Shown: positions 10,517 through 21,951, counted from the first letter of the stretch. The stretch is 64,000 bases of DNA from Actinomycetota bacterium (GCA_015660815.1 JACSDF010000003.1:133704-197703); one strand, 5' to 3'. The notes: generated by a model from the sequence alone, not told the origin. Numbers and translations are program-made.

Positions 10517-10784
10517 CTAAGCCCATCAAAAGCTGAACACCGAAGAAGAGCACAATAAAGCTCATATCTAAACTGACCGCCCCGATACGAAGAGGTGGAA
10601 TAAAACGACCTACAAAGGCCATAGGTCGATCAGTAATGGCATAAATTGCTTCTACTAAATAAAGAGAGAGTCCACTTGGCTTCCAGTTTCGAGCAAACAT
10701 ACGAACATAATCAAGAATTAAACGACCAAGTAGTGCAAAGAGAAATAATTGAAGAATGCCAGCTAATAGCGAACCAATCTGCAT
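10503..10784 (-). CDS. YggT/SepG-family membrane protein
   Basis: 93 aa hydrophobic; TDRPM..RFIPPLRIGAVSLDMS signature; position after sepF. Confidence 0.9.
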   Translation of the reverse strand: MQIGSLLAGILQLFLFALLGRLILDYVRMFARNWKPSGLSLYLVEAIYAITDRPMAFVGRFIPPLRIGAVSLDMSFIVLFFGVQLLMGLVRGI

Positions 10785-10791
10785 GAATTAC

Positions 10792-11265
10792 TCAGCTCTG
10801 ATTAAAGAAATTGGCTTGTGCGATCGTCGATTTATCTTCAGAGCTAACATGGAGATTGGCTGGTGAAATCAAGAAAACTTTCTTTGTAACTCTCTCGATT
10901 GTCCCGTGAAGTCCAAATGCCAGTCCGCTTGCAAAGTCGACCAAGCGCTTATGCTCGGACTCATCCATATCAGTTAAGTTAATAATTACTGGATTTCCTT
11001 CACGAAAATGTTCGCCAATTATTCGCGCTTCATTATAAAAACGTGGGTGAAGTGTGATGATGCGATCTAACACTGGAAGATCAAGCTGTGGCGCAATTTC
11101 ATTATTGGACCTGGCGACAGAGGCAACGGTGCGAGGTGCACGGGCTTTTACGGCGCCTTCACCAGATGTTGGAACCGATGGAAGTTTCGATCCAACAGGA
11201 GTGTCGAACTCTGGATCATCCATCAAACCTAAATAATTTGCGACGCGCTTCAATGCATTAGCCAT
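10792..11265 (-). CDS. sepF: Cell division protein SepF
   Basis: MANALKRVANYLGL amphipathic N-terminus; core IGEHFREGNPVIINL...RLVDFASGL. Confidence 0.95.
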   Translation of the reverse strand: MANALKRVANYLGLMDDPEFDTPVGSKLPSVPTSGEGAVKARAPRTVASVARSNNEIAPQLDLPVLDRIITLHPRFYNEARIIGEHFREGNPVIINLTDMDESEHKRLVDFASGLAFGLHGTIERVTKKVFLISPANLHVSSEDKSTIAQANFFNQS

Positions 11266-11286
11266 GTTCTAACGGTACCTGCCGGT

Positions 11287-11949
11287 CTACCTGGAACCCA
11301 GGATTTGGCTACCTATGCGTAAATGTGTCGCACCATGTGAAATAGCCGCTTCAAAATCACCGCTCATACCAGCTGAGAGGCTAGTCGCCCTTGGAAAATC
11401 TTTAAGAAAATCTAAGTGCATCTGACGGAGTCCACTAAAAACTAGATTGGGATCGCTTCCCAATGGGGCCACCGCCATTAAACCCGCCAAATTGTGTAGA
11501 GAATTAGCCTCAATTGCTTGGGCTAGCGCAAAGAGTTCTTGGATGTGCGCCCCACCTCGGTTCTTAGCGCCATCAAGGTTAATTTGTAAAAAAATTTGCA
11601 GAGGATGAGTTGCAAACTTTTCGATCATTCTAAAATGTCTTAGATCATCTAGAGAATGAATAACCTGCGACCACGAGCAGATCGACTTGAGTTTATTACT
11701 TTGAATCTGCCCCTGAAAATGCCATATTCCTTCTACCGCGACGGCCTTATAAACGCCTTCCGAATCTCTGTTCTCCCCAAAATTGCTGATTCCTAGTTTT
11801 TTAAGAATCTCTATGTCGCTGATTGGAAAATTCTTAGTCACTGCGATCAGAGTTAATTCCGCAACATCTCTTCCTGCTTGCAATGCCGCTTTCGAAATCC
11901 GTTCACGAACATCGTGCAAATTTTTTTCAATTTCAAGAGATCGATTCAT
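11287..11949 (-). CDS. yggS: YggS/PLPBP pyridoxal phosphate homeostasis protein
   Basis: LIAVTK, FGENR, WHFQGQIQSNK, LSAGMSGDF, LRIGSQILG. Confidence 0.93.
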   Translation of the reverse strand: MNRSLEIEKNLHDVRERISKAALQAGRDVAELTLIAVTKNFPISDIEILKKLGISNFGENRDSEGVYKAVAVEGIWHFQGQIQSNKLKSICSWSQVIHSLDDLRHFRMIEKFATHPLQIFLQINLDGAKNRGGAHIQELFALAQAIEANSLHNLAGLMAVAPLGSDPNLVFSGLRQMHLDFLKDFPRATSLSAGMSGDFEAAISHGATHLRIGSQILGSR

Positions 11950-12608
11950 AGCCAGACAACTCCAGCGAAACGGCCGGTGGTTGCGTCGCGACGATAAGAA
12001 AAATAATCATGATTTTCGAAGGTACAGACCGATGAAGCTTCATAACTTATTCCGACACTTGTTAAATCAGCAATTAAAGCCCGCGGTAAATCGAGAGCAG
12101 GAGTTGCAACTCTGGTCTGAGAAAGAGCTCTTGGGTGCATAAGCGAAACCTCCTCGGCCATCTCTGCAGGCACCTCATAACACTCTCCACATATCGAAGC
12201 TCCTAACTGCGCGTGAATTGCGGTGGCACCGAGAGCACGCATTCGAGCAATCACTTTTAATGAAATTTTGTTCACTAACCCTCGTCTTCCGACATGTACC
12301 GCGGCAACAACGTTAGAAGATGAAAGTAAAAGTGGAATACAGTCCGCGACTAGAACCGCTACGGCAAATCCTGGAGTAGTCGTAATGAGCGCATCACAGG
12401 ATGGATCAATCTCGGAAATCGTATCTACAATCGCGATTTCATCGCCATGGTTTTGATTCATGAATTGAATAGCTGAAACTGGCAATGTGAGTGATGCACG
12501 ATTTTCCATCACGTAAGCGCGATCATCGCCAACATGAAACGCCAAATTCAATGAGTCATAAGGCGCAAGACTTACTCCCCCGCGCCTATCTGTAAATAAC
12601 GAAGGCAA
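11946..12608 (-). CDS. pgeF: PgeF/YfiH (YlmD) purine nucleoside phosphorylase-like protein
   Basis: LNLAFHVGD, MNQNHG, VLVADCIP, VHVGRRG, FSYRR motifs. Confidence 0.9.
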   Translation of the reverse strand: MPSLFTDRRGGVSLAPYDSLNLAFHVGDDRAYVMENRASLTLPVSAIQFMNQNHGDEIAIVDTISEIDPSCDALITTTPGFAVAVLVADCIPLLLSSSNVVAAVHVGRRGLVNKISLKVIARMRALGATAIHAQLGASICGECYEVPAEMAEEVSLMHPRALSQTRVATPALDLPRALIADLTSVGISYEASSVCTFENHDYFSYRRDATTGRFAGVVWL

Positions 12609-12613
12609 AAACC

Positions 12614-13747
12614 CTACTTCATGAAGTCTGGGACGTCGATTTCATCTTCAGTAACTAACTCTTCGAATGTGACACGCCGACGAGGCGTTGGCTCATCTCC
12701 AAGTTCAAGTGCAACTGAAAGCGGATCATTAGCCGAAAGCGGATCTGCATTTCCACTCAATGTAGAAGCATCTATTACCGGCGTTGCGACTCGCTTAGGT
12801 TCGCCACCTTCAAAGCCCGCAGCAACTACGGTAATGCGCACTTCATCACCCAATGCATCATCAATAGTAGTTCCAAAAATAAACTTAGCATTTGGATGCA
12901 CTGCCGATTGAACGAGTTCGCATGCTTCGTTGACTTCAAATAATCCTAAGTCCGACCCACCTGAAATAGAGAGCAAAACTCCCATTGCGCCATCGATAGA
13001 TGCTTCAAGTAATGGAGAGGAGATAGCTAATTCAGCCGCTCGAAGTGCACGGTTTTCACCGCGCGCAGAACCAATACCCATCAATGCAGAGCCCGCACCT
13101 GACATGACCGCTTGAACATCGGCAAAATCTAAGTTAATCAAGCCTGGTTGAGTAATAATCTCTGTTATTCCCTGGACACCTGAGAGTAAAACTTGATCAG
13201 CACTCTTGAATGCATCTGCCAAAGTTATTGTTCGATCTGAGATTGCAAGTAAGCGATCATTTGGGATAACAATGAGTGTGTCGACTTCACTGCGCAAAGC
13301 CTCTATTCCAGCATCTGCCTGAGTTGCACGGAGTTTTGCTTCAAAAGAAAACGGACGTGTTACAACACCAATTGTTAAGGCCCCAAGATCTCGCGCAATT
13401 TTTGCAACAATGGGAGCTGCGCCAGTTCCGGTGCCGCCACCTTCGCCCGCTGTAACAAATACCATATCGGCACCACGAAGAATCTCTTCAATGTCATCGG
13501 CGTGATCAAGGGCGGCGGCGCGTCCCTTTTCTGGATCCATTCCAGCTCCGAGACCACGAGTCGTCTTTCGACCAATATCTAATTTCACATCGGCATCACT
13601 CATAAGTAAATGTTGTGCATCGGTATTGATCGCAATGAACTCAACACCTTTTAAGCCAACATCAATCATTCGATTAATTGCATTTACTCCACCGCCACCA
13701 ATTCCTACAACCTTGATGACTGCTAAATAATTCTGCGGTGAAGCCAC
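12614..13747 (-). CDS. ftsZ: Cell division protein FtsZ
   Basis: GGGGVNA, tubulin signature [17 protein letters not shown]-terminal DVPDFMK; SD GAGGAG. Confidence 0.99.
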   Translation of the reverse strand: MASPQNYLAVIKVVGIGGGGVNAINRMIDVGLKGVEFIAINTDAQHLLMSDADVKLDIGRKTTRGLGAGMDPEKGRAAALDHADDIEEILRGADMVFVTAGEGGGTGTGAAPIVAKIARDLGALTIGVVTRPFSFEAKLRATQADAGIEALRSEVDTLIVIPNDRLLAISDRTITLADAFKSADQVLLSGVQGITEIITQPGLINLDFADVQAVMSGAGSALMGIGSARGENRALRAAELAISSPLLEASIDGAMGVLLSISGGSDLGLFEVNEACELVQSAVHPNAKFIFGTTIDDALGDEVRITVVAAGFEGGEPKRVATPVIDASTLSGNADPLSANDPLSVALELGDEPTPRRRVTFEELVTEDEIDVPDFMK

Positions 13748-13766
13748 GTTTATCCTCCTCGGGAAC

Positions 13767-13791
13767 TATAAACCTCAACTTGAGCCTTATA
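13767..13791. promoter_or_regulatory. Imperfect palindrome upstream of ftsZ, candidate MerR-type (FtsR/Rv1828-like) operator
   Basis: TATAA-AC-CTCAA-C-TTGAG-CC-TTATA, 20-44 bp upstream of the ftsZ start. Confidence 0.55.
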
Positions 13792-13878
13792 ATTCAACTC
13801 TTTTATATAGGGTGAACGTAAAGTGCTAGCGCGTCTTAAGCAAATACCGACTCAATTTATTTTTATCGTGTCGAATTA

Positions 13879-14520
13879 CTATTTCACGATAGGTGCATGA
13901 GGTGCTGAAAGATCGACTCGACGAATCTTGAAATTTTCAGGTCTTGCAATAAGTGCTTTATAAACCCTTACTTTTAAAGAGTTTTCTTCATCTTGTCCCC
14001 ACACAATTTCGATGGATTTCTTTCCTTGACTCATTTCGATTGAGTATGAATCCCCGGTCACAACTTTGAGGGTCGTAATATCATCGGCAAATTCTTTTGG
14101 TAATGAATTATAGAAATTTGTAGCGGTAATGGCTGCATCGATATTCGTCGCTTGAATATGTGGAAGTCCCTGAATGTTCTGATTGAGAAGAGGGAAACCC
14201 ACCCCTTCTTCATCAATTACTTGCTCATTATAAATGGCAATAGGTGTTCTCTCGACTATGGCAATGCTCACTTTCCCATTAATCCAATTTCTTGAAACTT
14301 CCACACTCCTGATCCACTTAACTCTTTCAAGTTCGGCAACAATCGATCTAGGTTCTACACGAGCTAACCGTTCTCCTACTTTGATGTCGGTGGTGATTGA
14401 GCTTTTAGTTCCAGTAATTTCTATAGAACTCACCGTAAAAAGCGTTGACCAACCTAAAATATAAGCGACCGCACCAAATACCAAAATCGCAAATGCAATT
14501 CCTAAACGATATCTCTTCAT
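13879..14520 (-). CDS. ftsQ: Cell division protein FtsQ/DivIB
   Basis: Single N-terminal TM, POTRA-like region (W-I..VEVSRNW...ERTP), C-terminal VDLSAPHAP; between murC and ftsZ. Confidence 0.88.
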   Translation of the reverse strand: MKRYRLGIAFAILVFGAVAYILGWSTLFTVSSIEITGTKSSITTDIKVGERLARVEPRSIVAELERVKWIRSVEVSRNWINGKVSIAIVERTPIAIYNEQVIDEEGVGFPLLNQNIQGLPHIQATNIDAAITATNFYNSLPKEFADDITTLKVVTGDSYSIEMSQGKKSIEIVWGQDEENSLKVRVYKALIARPENFKIRRVDLSAPHAPIVK

Positions 14521-15906
14521 TTAACCAAAACGTCGAATCAGTCCATCGACAATAATGGGCCCAAGAGAACTCACATCTCCAGCACCTAACGTAATTATGA
14601 CATCGCGAGGTTGTGCTGAATCGATGACACTGTCAGTAACTTCGATAAAATTCGGTATGTATTCACCGTTGTCCATCAACTCGGTTATCATTTTTGAAGT
14701 AACTCCTGCAATGGGTTTTTCGCTTGCTGCGTAGATTTCTAAAACCACGATTCGATCTGCCATCGAAAGTGAATCCGCAAATCGCTGGGCAAATGCGACC
14801 GTGCGTGTATAACGGTGAGGTTGGAATATAACTACTAAACGTCCACCATCGGCAAAACGGCGTGCAGCTTGAAGGGTCACATCAATTTCTGTTGGATGAT
14901 GCCCATAATCATCAATAACTCGCACTCCGTGCACGGTACCTTTAATCTCGAAACGTCTACCTGTTCCACGAAATACATTCAAACCTTGCAACAAATCGGG
15001 TGCGTTGAATCCAAGTTGTAACCCAGTAGCCAGAGCGGCCGCGGCATTAAGCAGATTATGGTGTCCTGGCACCTGCAAATTGATAGTGCCAATACTTTTT
15101 CCATGCCAAATAGCCCGTGCACTTGAGCCAAGGGCTAAGAGTTCAATCGTGTCGAGTTTCAAATCGCAATCTTCGCCTACGCCATAAGAGATGCAAGTAA
15201 GCAACTCCAACTTTTCTGCCAGCGCACTCGCACCTGGATCATCGGCGCAATAGGTCAAGAATCCATCTGTTTTTACGGTTGCAGCGAAAAGAGCGAAAGC
15301 TTTCTCTACAGCTTCAGGCGTTTGAAAAAAATCCACGTGGTCATGCTCGATGTTTGTAACGATGGCAGCGAATGGGCGATATTCAATAAATGAACCATCT
15401 GATTCATCGGCTTCAGCTACAAAAATCTGCCCGGTTCCACGATGCGCATTTGAGCCAGATGCTGTGATTGTTCCGCCTATTGCAAAAGATGGATCGGCTC
15501 CACAAGATTGCAAGGCAACAGCTAGCATCGAAGAAGTTGTTGTTTTCCCATGAGTTCCGGCGACTGCCACGCTTATTGACTCAGACATTAATACTGCAAG
15601 TGCGGCGGCACGAGACAGGGTTTGAATGCCTAACTCTTGAGAACAGATGAGTTCGGGGTTGCTAGGCGAAATCGCACTCGAGTAGACGACCAAGTCAGCA
15701 CCTTCGACATTGACTGCCGAGTGCGAAATCGAAATTTTTGCACCGAGTGCTACCAACGCTTTTACAACTGAGGAGTCTGTCGAATCAGAGCCACTTACAT
15801 GTATTGAATGTGATAGAGCGATTCGAGCTAATCCACTCATGCCCGCGCCGCCAATGCCAATAAAATGAACACGTTTACCAATGAGAGATTGCAAAGTTGG
15901 TCTCAT
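14521..15906 (-). CDS. murC: UDP-N-acetylmuramate--L-alanine ligase
   Basis: HFIGIGGAGMSG, GTHGKTTT, EADESDGSF, DDYGHHPTE. Confidence 0.97.
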   Translation of the reverse strand: MRPTLQSLIGKRVHFIGIGGAGMSGLARIALSHSIHVSGSDSTDSSVVKALVALGAKISISHSAVNVEGADLVVYSSAISPSNPELICSQELGIQTLSRAAALAVLMSESISVAVAGTHGKTTTSSMLAVALQSCGADPSFAIGGTITASGSNAHRGTGQIFVAEADESDGSFIEYRPFAAIVTNIEHDHVDFFQTPEAVEKAFALFAATVKTDGFLTYCADDPGASALAEKLELLTCISYGVGEDCDLKLDTIELLALGSSARAIWHGKSIGTINLQVPGHHNLLNAAAALATGLQLGFNAPDLLQGLNVFRGTGRRFEIKGTVHGVRVIDDYGHHPTEIDVTLQAARRFADGGRLVVIFQPHRYTRTVAFAQRFADSLSMADRIVVLEIYAASEKPIAGVTSKMITELMDNGEYIPNFIEVTDSVIDSAQPRDVIITLGAGDVSSLGPIIVDGLIRRFG

Positions 15907-16982
15907 TGTTGAGATACCGCAAATTCACCGAACGCTACGATTTTTTCAGCTGCAGCAAGATCTGCATCCGAACCATCAACTGGTGAAGCCGCAGCGCTTT
16001 TAATCAGATTATCTATGTGTGCAACTAGATATTTAGCATTGAATTTTGATTGCTCTACTACTTCAGCGCGCGATTCTTCTATGAGAGAGCGGGCATTGTG
16101 AAACTGTTCTCCGTTACCAATCGGCAGTGGCACAAAAAGAGCGTAGCGCCCGAGGGCTCTAAACTCACTACAGGTGACTGCGCCACTTCGAGAAATAACC
16201 AGATCGCTTGCCAAATAAGCGTCGCCCATTGCATCAACATAAGCGACTGGTCGATAACCATCCACTTTTTCAGGCAATAAATTCAACCTCCCAGTTGCGT
16301 GCAAAATCGAAATTCCTTTTGCTAAAAGATCGGGAAGGCTTTCTGCAACAACTTTATTTATCGCTATCGAGCCTTGAGATCCACCCATAATAAAAACTAG
16401 AGGTTTATTTACGTCAAAACCCAATCGTCGCTTAGCGGCCTGCCGTGCCGCTGGAAAATCAAAGCGCGATGCTGCAAAAGCCTCCGAAACATCAGTGCGA
16501 AGTGGCAGACCAGTGATGAGCGCCTTGGCAAACTCTCCCCTGTCAACGTGGGTGGCAACGGCTACATATGGAGTCAACATCGCCCCTAAGCGATTTGCCC
16601 ATCCCGGTTTGGCATTTGCCTCATGGATAAGAAAGGGGGTTTTTACTATTCGCGCAGCTAAATAAGCAGGCGCACTGACATACCCACCGAAACCAATTAA
16701 AAGTTGAGCATCTTTCAAGAGTATCCGGGAACTTGCCACCGCGCGGAATAAGTCAAAAGGAATTCGAAACCATGAAAATGAAGGGCGGCGAGAGATTTGG
16801 ACTTTAGGTATGTGAGTCAAAGTAAATCCGGCCGAAGGAACGAGCTTATTTTCAAGGCCAGCTTTCGTTCCGATAAAAACCATTGCATCATCTGGATGCG
16901 CTAATTTCCAGGCACGTGCTACGGCAAGAGCTGGTTCGATATGACCTGCAGTGCCACCACCTGCTAGAACTACCGTAGCCAT
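15903..16982 (-). CDS. murG: Lipid II GlcNAc transferase
   Basis: GGGTAGHIEP, GFGGYVS, HEANAKPGWAN, GGSQGS, GNGEQ. Confidence 0.97.
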   Translation of the reverse strand: MATVVLAGGGTAGHIEPALAVARAWKLAHPDDAMVFIGTKAGLENKLVPSAGFTLTHIPKVQISRRPSFSWFRIPFDLFRAVASSRILLKDAQLLIGFGGYVSAPAYLAARIVKTPFLIHEANAKPGWANRLGAMLTPYVAVATHVDRGEFAKALITGLPLRTDVSEAFAASRFDFPAARQAAKRRLGFDVNKPLVFIMGGSQGSIAINKVVAESLPDLLAKGISILHATGRLNLLPEKVDGYRPVAYVDAMGDAYLASDLVISRSGAVTCSEFRALGRYALFVPLPIGNGEQFHNARSLIEESRAEVVEQSKFNAKYLVAHIDNLIKSAAASPVDGSDADLAAAEKIVAFGEFAVSQQ

Positions 16983-18142
16983 CTGTGTTCACTCTTTCTT
17001 AAACTTTCAAATATTTCAGGATCTCGCCGTGCCGCTCCGATTACAAAACCAATCCCCATATACGTTGCAACAAGTGCCGATCCGCCATATGAAACAAATG
17101 GCAAGGTAACTCCAACTACTGGAAGAACACTCAATGTTGAACCGATATTAAGAATAACTTGTATTGCTAACCAGCATCCGATTCCAGAGCTTACATATCG
17201 AACCATTGTGTCTTTTGCTCTCAGTGCAATCCTGAAGATTGAAAAGAGTAGAACTGTCAGCAATGCCAGAGTAGCTAGAGTTCCAAAAAGACCTAACTCC
17301 TCTCCAATTACAGAAAAAATGAAATCGGTATGGGCTTCAGCTAAATTTCCCCACTTCTGCCGACTTGCTCCGAGTCCCACGCCAAAAAAACCGCCGCTTG
17401 CCAGTCCTAGGAGGCTATGGGCTGGTTGCCATCCTGAGTTCTTGTACTGCTCTTCTGCAAAGGGGTTGAGCAAAACCGCAAAACGCTGCATCCGATAAGG
17501 CGCAGTTACAATTAAAGCCGCTATACCTGCAAAACCAAAACTAATGAGACCGGCGAAAATTCCTAATCGAACCCCTGAAACCCAGAGCAAACCCGCCAAA
17601 ATGAAGGCAAAAACGCAGGCGGTTCCAAGGTCATTTCCTATCAAAATCAAAAGAATGCACAAGGCGAAAATGGGTGCAATCAAAGTTATTACATTTGCTT
17701 GAACCGTTCCGGAATTTTCGCGCTTTGACAAAATAAAACCTGCCCACAAAATCATGAGAAATTTAGCGATCTCACTTGGTTGAACATCTACAAAACCTAG
17801 GCTAATCCAATTGTGATTTCCATTAACACTTTTACCAATAACTTGAACCAAAATTAAGAGCAATACAGAGGTGACTGCACTGAAACGTGCAATCAATCTC
17901 CAACTTGCTAAAGGCAATCGCGATAATACCCATGCCATTGGTATTGAAACTAGAAGAAACAGGATTTGACGAATGACAATCGCATATGTGGAGCCCTTGG
18001 CATCTAGTGAGTAAATTGAAGAAGCTGAGAAGACCATAATCACACCTAATATGCTCAGGGCTAGGGTGCTCCCTATTAACATGTAGTACAAATTGATTGG
18101 CTTAGTAAAGACATTTTCCTTCGTTCTATGCTTCATCTGCAA
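16970..18142 (-). CDS. ftsW: SEDS peptidoglycan polymerase FtsW
   Basis: QPSE.AK, AHTDFIFSVIGEELG, LPFVSYGGS; exact start uncertain. Confidence 0.95.
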   Translation of the reverse strand: MQMKHRTKENVFTKPINLYYMLIGSTLALSILGVIMVFSASSIYSLDAKGSTYAIVIRQILFLLVSIPMAWVLSRLPLASWRLIARFSAVTSVLLLILVQVIGKSVNGNHNWISLGFVDVQPSEIAKFLMILWAGFILSKRENSGTVQANVITLIAPIFALCILLILIGNDLGTACVFAFILAGLLWVSGVRLGIFAGLISFGFAGIAALIVTAPYRMQRFAVLLNPFAEEQYKNSGWQPAHSLLGLASGGFFGVGLGASRQKWGNLAEAHTDFIFSVIGEELGLFGTLATLALLTVLLFSIFRIALRAKDTMVRYVSSGIGCWLAIQVILNIGSTLSVLPVVGVTLPFVSYGGSALVATYMGIGFVIGAARRDPEIFESLRKSEHRWLR

Positions 18143-19514
18143 CCAGTTTTCTTACCGCTGCAGCGAATCGATCTCCTCTATCAGCATATGAAATAAATTG
18201 ATCCATGGATGCACAAGCCGGCGCCAATAAAACCGTATCCCCAGATACGACAAATTTTTGCGCAGCTTTTACAACACCCTCCATTAGTAAATTGGATGAT
18301 TCACCCTTTGTGTGCTCTATATCAATTTTTACTATGGGTATTGCCGGAGCAATTTTCAATAAAGCCGACTCAATCAATTTCTGATCTTGTCCTATCAAAA
18401 TAACTGCTTTGATCCGATTTTTTGTTCGCTCGACAAGCCAGTCCATATCAGCGCCTTTTGCCAATCCACCTGCAATCCACACCACAGAAAGGTGCGACAT
18501 AATTGAAGCCGAAGCGGCATGCGGATTAGTGGCTTTTGAATCATCTATCCATGAAACTCCATCTGAATTCAAAATTGATTCAATGCGATGCCGGCCGGGA
18601 TGAAAATCAATCAGTGCGCTCTGAATATCTGCATATGAAACATGCACGCTTCGAGCCAAAGCTGCAGCGGCCAGTGCATTTAAAACACTATGTGGCAAAG
18701 TTGGTTGGATGTCCTTTAATGCGGCAATCATTGAGGCTTCATTCGGATCACTCACAAATGCACGATCAACCAGTAAGTCTTCCACGACACCAAGTTCGCC
18801 CGGTGCTGGCGTTCCTAATGAGAAGAAACTTTTCGGGCCATGAAATCCGTTGGCGCGAAGGACAATCTCTGAATCTTCGCCATTTAGAATTGCATATTCT
18901 GCTCGATCTAGAATTGAAAACTTTGCATCACAGTATTTCTCAAAACTGCCATGCCAGTCCAAATGGTCATCAGCAATATTCAAGATGGCGGCGCAAATAA
19001 ACCTCGCCTCTTTCATCCAATGTAGTTGGAAAGATGATAATTCAAGAATTAAGAAATCAAATGCCTCATTATGTGTAACCGCTTCAATAACCGTATTGCC
19101 GACGTTACCGCACGCAACCGCGTTAAAACCTGCACGTTGGAGCATGGCAGCGGTCATTTCGACCGTTGTGGTCTTTCCGTTTGTACCAGTCAACGCCAAC
19201 CATTTTTGGTTTGGACATATCTCTTGAGCAATCCCCCACGCGATATCAATTTCATTGTGAATTTCAATTCCGGCTGCAAAAGCTTCTAGAATTAACGGGT
19301 GATTGCGTGGCCAACCAGGGGAAACGACGACCGCCGAATAATCAGATACTTTGATATTTTTCGGATTCAGAATCGAAAAAGCGCTGTGTGCATTTGAATT
19401 CTCATCAACTAAATCGACGAGTGCTCCATTTGAAATCAAAGTTTTTGCAACCGCATTCCCTGTAACTCCGGCTCCAAGTACTAAAACTCTCTTTGACTCC
19501 CAGTTAAGCAACAT
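18126..19514 (-). CDS. murD: UDP-MurNAc-L-Ala--D-glutamate ligase
   Basis: GTNGKTTT, ELSSFQL, DHLDWH, DDSKATN, LAPACASMDQF. Confidence 0.96.
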   Translation of the reverse strand: MLLNWESKRVLVLGAGVTGNAVAKTLISNGALVDLVDENSNAHSAFSILNPKNIKVSDYSAVVVSPGWPRNHPLILEAFAAGIEIHNEIDIAWGIAQEICPNQKWLALTGTNGKTTTVEMTAAMLQRAGFNAVACGNVGNTVIEAVTHNEAFDFLILELSSFQLHWMKEARFICAAILNIADDHLDWHGSFEKYCDAKFSILDRAEYAILNGEDSEIVLRANGFHGPKSFFSLGTPAPGELGVVEDLLVDRAFVSDPNEASMIAALKDIQPTLPHSVLNALAAAALARSVHVSYADIQSALIDFHPGRHRIESILNSDGVSWIDDSKATNPHAASASIMSHLSVVWIAGGLAKGADMDWLVERTKNRIKAVILIGQDQKLIESALLKIAPAIPIVKIDIEHTKGESSNLLMEGVVKAAQKFVVSGDTVLLAPACASMDQFISYADRGDRFAAAVRKLVADEA

Positions 19515-19519
19515 CGTAT

Positions 19520-20578
19520 CTACTTAACTACCCACTGGGCGTAGAAAAGACCAAGACCTAAAGCAACGGAGAGTCCAGCAATTATCCAAAATCTAATCAC
19601 AATTGTGACTTCACCCCATCCTAAAAGTTCAAAGTGATGTTGCAATGGGGCCATCTTAAATACACGTTTTCCGCCACTAATTTTGAAATAGAGGCGTTGA
19701 ATAACAACGGACATCGTAATAATTACAAAAAGTCCGCCGAGTGGAATTAGTAGCAGTTCAACGCGCAGTGTTGCCGCTAATCCAGCCAATGCCCCACCGA
19801 GTGCAAGTGAACCGGTATCGCCCATAAATATTTTTGCTGGAGATGCATTCCACCAAAGGAAACCGGTACAGGAACCTGCAAATGCAGCGGCCAATACCGC
19901 TAGATCCAGCGGATCTCGAACTTGATAGCACCCTGTGCCAGAATTTATTGCGCAACCTTGTCCAAACTCCCACACGCCTATCAAAATAAAGGCTAAAAAC
20001 GTCATAACAGATGCGCCGGTTGCAAGACCATCTAAACCATCTGCAAGATTTACTCCATTGCTCGCCGACATCACCATTAGAACTACCCAAGCAACTGCAA
20101 TTATTGGACCAAGATATAAAGAGGTTTCGCGAACACCAGAGAGGTAGTATGAAATTGGCGTAAGGGAGGAAGTATCCGCAAAATTAACTCCAAGACCTCC
20201 GAAAATTGCTGCTATTGATGCCTGTCCAAAGAGTTTTTGTTTAGCCGTCAATCCTAAGGATTTTTGTCGTGAAACTTTTAGCCAATCATCAACAAAGCCG
20301 AGCGCTCCCAATGCAATCACTAAACCTAAAACCAGCACCGCAGAAATTGTGAGCGAGTTTCGTGTTAGAAGGTGCGCCGTTAAATACCCGACAAGAGCGG
20401 CAGCAATGAGAATTATGCCTCCCATCGTTGGGGTGCCTCGTTTAATATGGTGACTACTTGGTCCATCATCACGAATAATCTGTCCATAACCGCGAGTTGC
20501 AAGAATCTTTATTAATCCCCGAGTACCGAAAAGTGAAAACAAAAGCGCAATTGCGCCGGCAATTAAGATTTGTCTCAT
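19520..20578 (-). CDS. mraY: Phospho-MurNAc-pentapeptide transferase
   Basis: [38 protein letters not shown]. Confidence 0.97.
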   Translation of the reverse strand: MRQILIAGAIALLFSLFGTRGLIKILATRGYGQIIRDDGPSSHHIKRGTPTMGGIILIAAALVGYLTAHLLTRNSLTISAVLVLGLVIALGALGFVDDWLKVSRQKSLGLTAKQKLFGQASIAAIFGGLGVNFADTSSLTPISYYLSGVRETSLYLGPIIAVAWVVLMVMSASNGVNLADGLDGLATGASVMTFLAFILIGVWEFGQGCAINSGTGCYQVRDPLDLAVLAAAFAGSCTGFLWWNASPAKIFMGDTGSLALGGALAGLAATLRVELLLIPLGGLFVIITMSVVIQRLYFKISGGKRVFKMAPLQHHFELLGWGEVTIVIRFWIIAGLSVALGLGLFYAQWVVK

Positions 20579-21951
20579 TCTTGGCTACTCACTTTAATCG
20601 TCCACAGCTCACGTATCTCTTGAGCGAGAAGTTCAAAATGTTCGGCGCGCGAAGCTTTTACTAAAACTGTGTCACCCTGCGCAAAATAATTAACGAAACT
20701 AGTAGCCTCCGCAAAATTTGCTACATGGTGAAATTGCATAGGACCGACTCCAGTTCCATATTCAGGGGCGTTCACGATTACTAAATGGTCAATACCAATC
20801 TCAGATGCAAGGGTGCCAATATCTCTGCTCGCAGCCTCACCTGACTCGCCGAGTTCATGCATTTTTCCTAGAAATCCCCACGATTGACCCCCACGTTCTT
20901 GGGCAAAAAAAGCCAGAGAACGAAGTGCTGCCTCCATTGATGCTGGGTTGGCATTGTAAGAATCATTTATTAAAAGTAACTCGTCTAGCTCAACCAACTC
21001 CATTCTCCACTTGCTGTGTGCTTCTGCCGTTGATAAAGAACTTGCTATGAGTTCTAGCGGGAGCGAGAGCGCGGTTCCCACCGCAGCGGCAGCTAAGGCG
21101 TTCGAAACTTGGTGGGCACCAATTAACCGCATTCCTACAGCATCACGACCTGCATTCGTCACCAGATCAAAGTGCGGTCTGCCTTCTCGAATTTCAACAT
21201 CCGCCCCACGAACATCAACGTCACTTTTTTCACCAAATGTAATGACCGCGCCATCGTGAAGTGAAGCCATCGCCGGCGTAAATCCATCATAACTTCCAAG
21301 TACTGCAATCCCCTTTTTCCCCAACGCCTGAATAAGCTCGCTCTTAGTTTCAGCGATTGCGAGCTGTGAACCAAACTCACTAAAGTGAGCGGTACCTACA
21401 ACCAATACAACTCCTATATCTGGCTTAGCAATTTCACATAATCGCGCAATATCTCCCTTATGGCGCGCCCCCATTTCCAAAATACAGAAACGCGTTCGCT
21501 CATCGCACTCAAGAAGTGTAATTGGCAATCCTAAATCATTATTAAATGAGCCAAACGGAGCAACGGTTGGACCGACTGCAGCCAACATATGAGCCAATAA
21601 ATCCTTCGTACTCGTTTTGCCCTGCGAGCCCGTAATTGCGACAACGGACAAGTTGGTCAACCGAGCCCGAACAAAGGCGGCAAGTATGGATGTTGCAGAT
21701 ATTACGTCATTAACAATTATGCAGGGACCATCGATTAAGTGAGTAGTAAGTGAAAATACCGATCCAAGACGATACGCCTCAGCAACGAACTCATGGCCAT
21801 CATTATTTTCACCTTTTAAAGCAAGAAAAAAACTACCGGGCGTTGCTAATCTCGAATCAAACACTGGAGCTTTTGATATTAGTAAATTAGCATCGCAATG
21901 AAGCTTTCCACCAACAAGTAGAGCAATCTCGCCAGCAGTTAAAGTGATCAT
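20575..21951 (-). CDS. murF: UDP-MurNAc-tripeptide--D-Ala-D-Ala ligase
   Basis: [40 protein letters not shown]. Confidence 0.96.
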   Translation of the reverse strand: MITLTAGEIALLVGGKLHCDANLLISKAPVFDSRLATPGSFFLALKGENNDGHEFVAEAYRLGSVFSLTTHLIDGPCIIVNDVISATSILAAFVRARLTNLSVVAITGSQGKTSTKDLLAHMLAAVGPTVAPFGSFNNDLGLPITLLECDERTRFCILEMGARHKGDIARLCEIAKPDIGVVLVVGTAHFSEFGSQLAIAETKSELIQALGKKGIAVLGSYDGFTPAMASLHDGAVITFGEKSDVDVRGADVEIREGRPHFDLVTNAGRDAVGMRLIGAHQVSNALAAAAVGTALSLPLELIASSLSTAEAHSKWRMELVELDELLLINDSYNANPASMEAALRSLAFFAQERGGQSWGFLGKMHELGESGEAASRDIGTLASEIGIDHLVIVNAPEYGTGVGPMQFHHVANFAEATSFVNYFAQGDTVLVKASRAEHFELLAQEIRELWTIKVSSQE

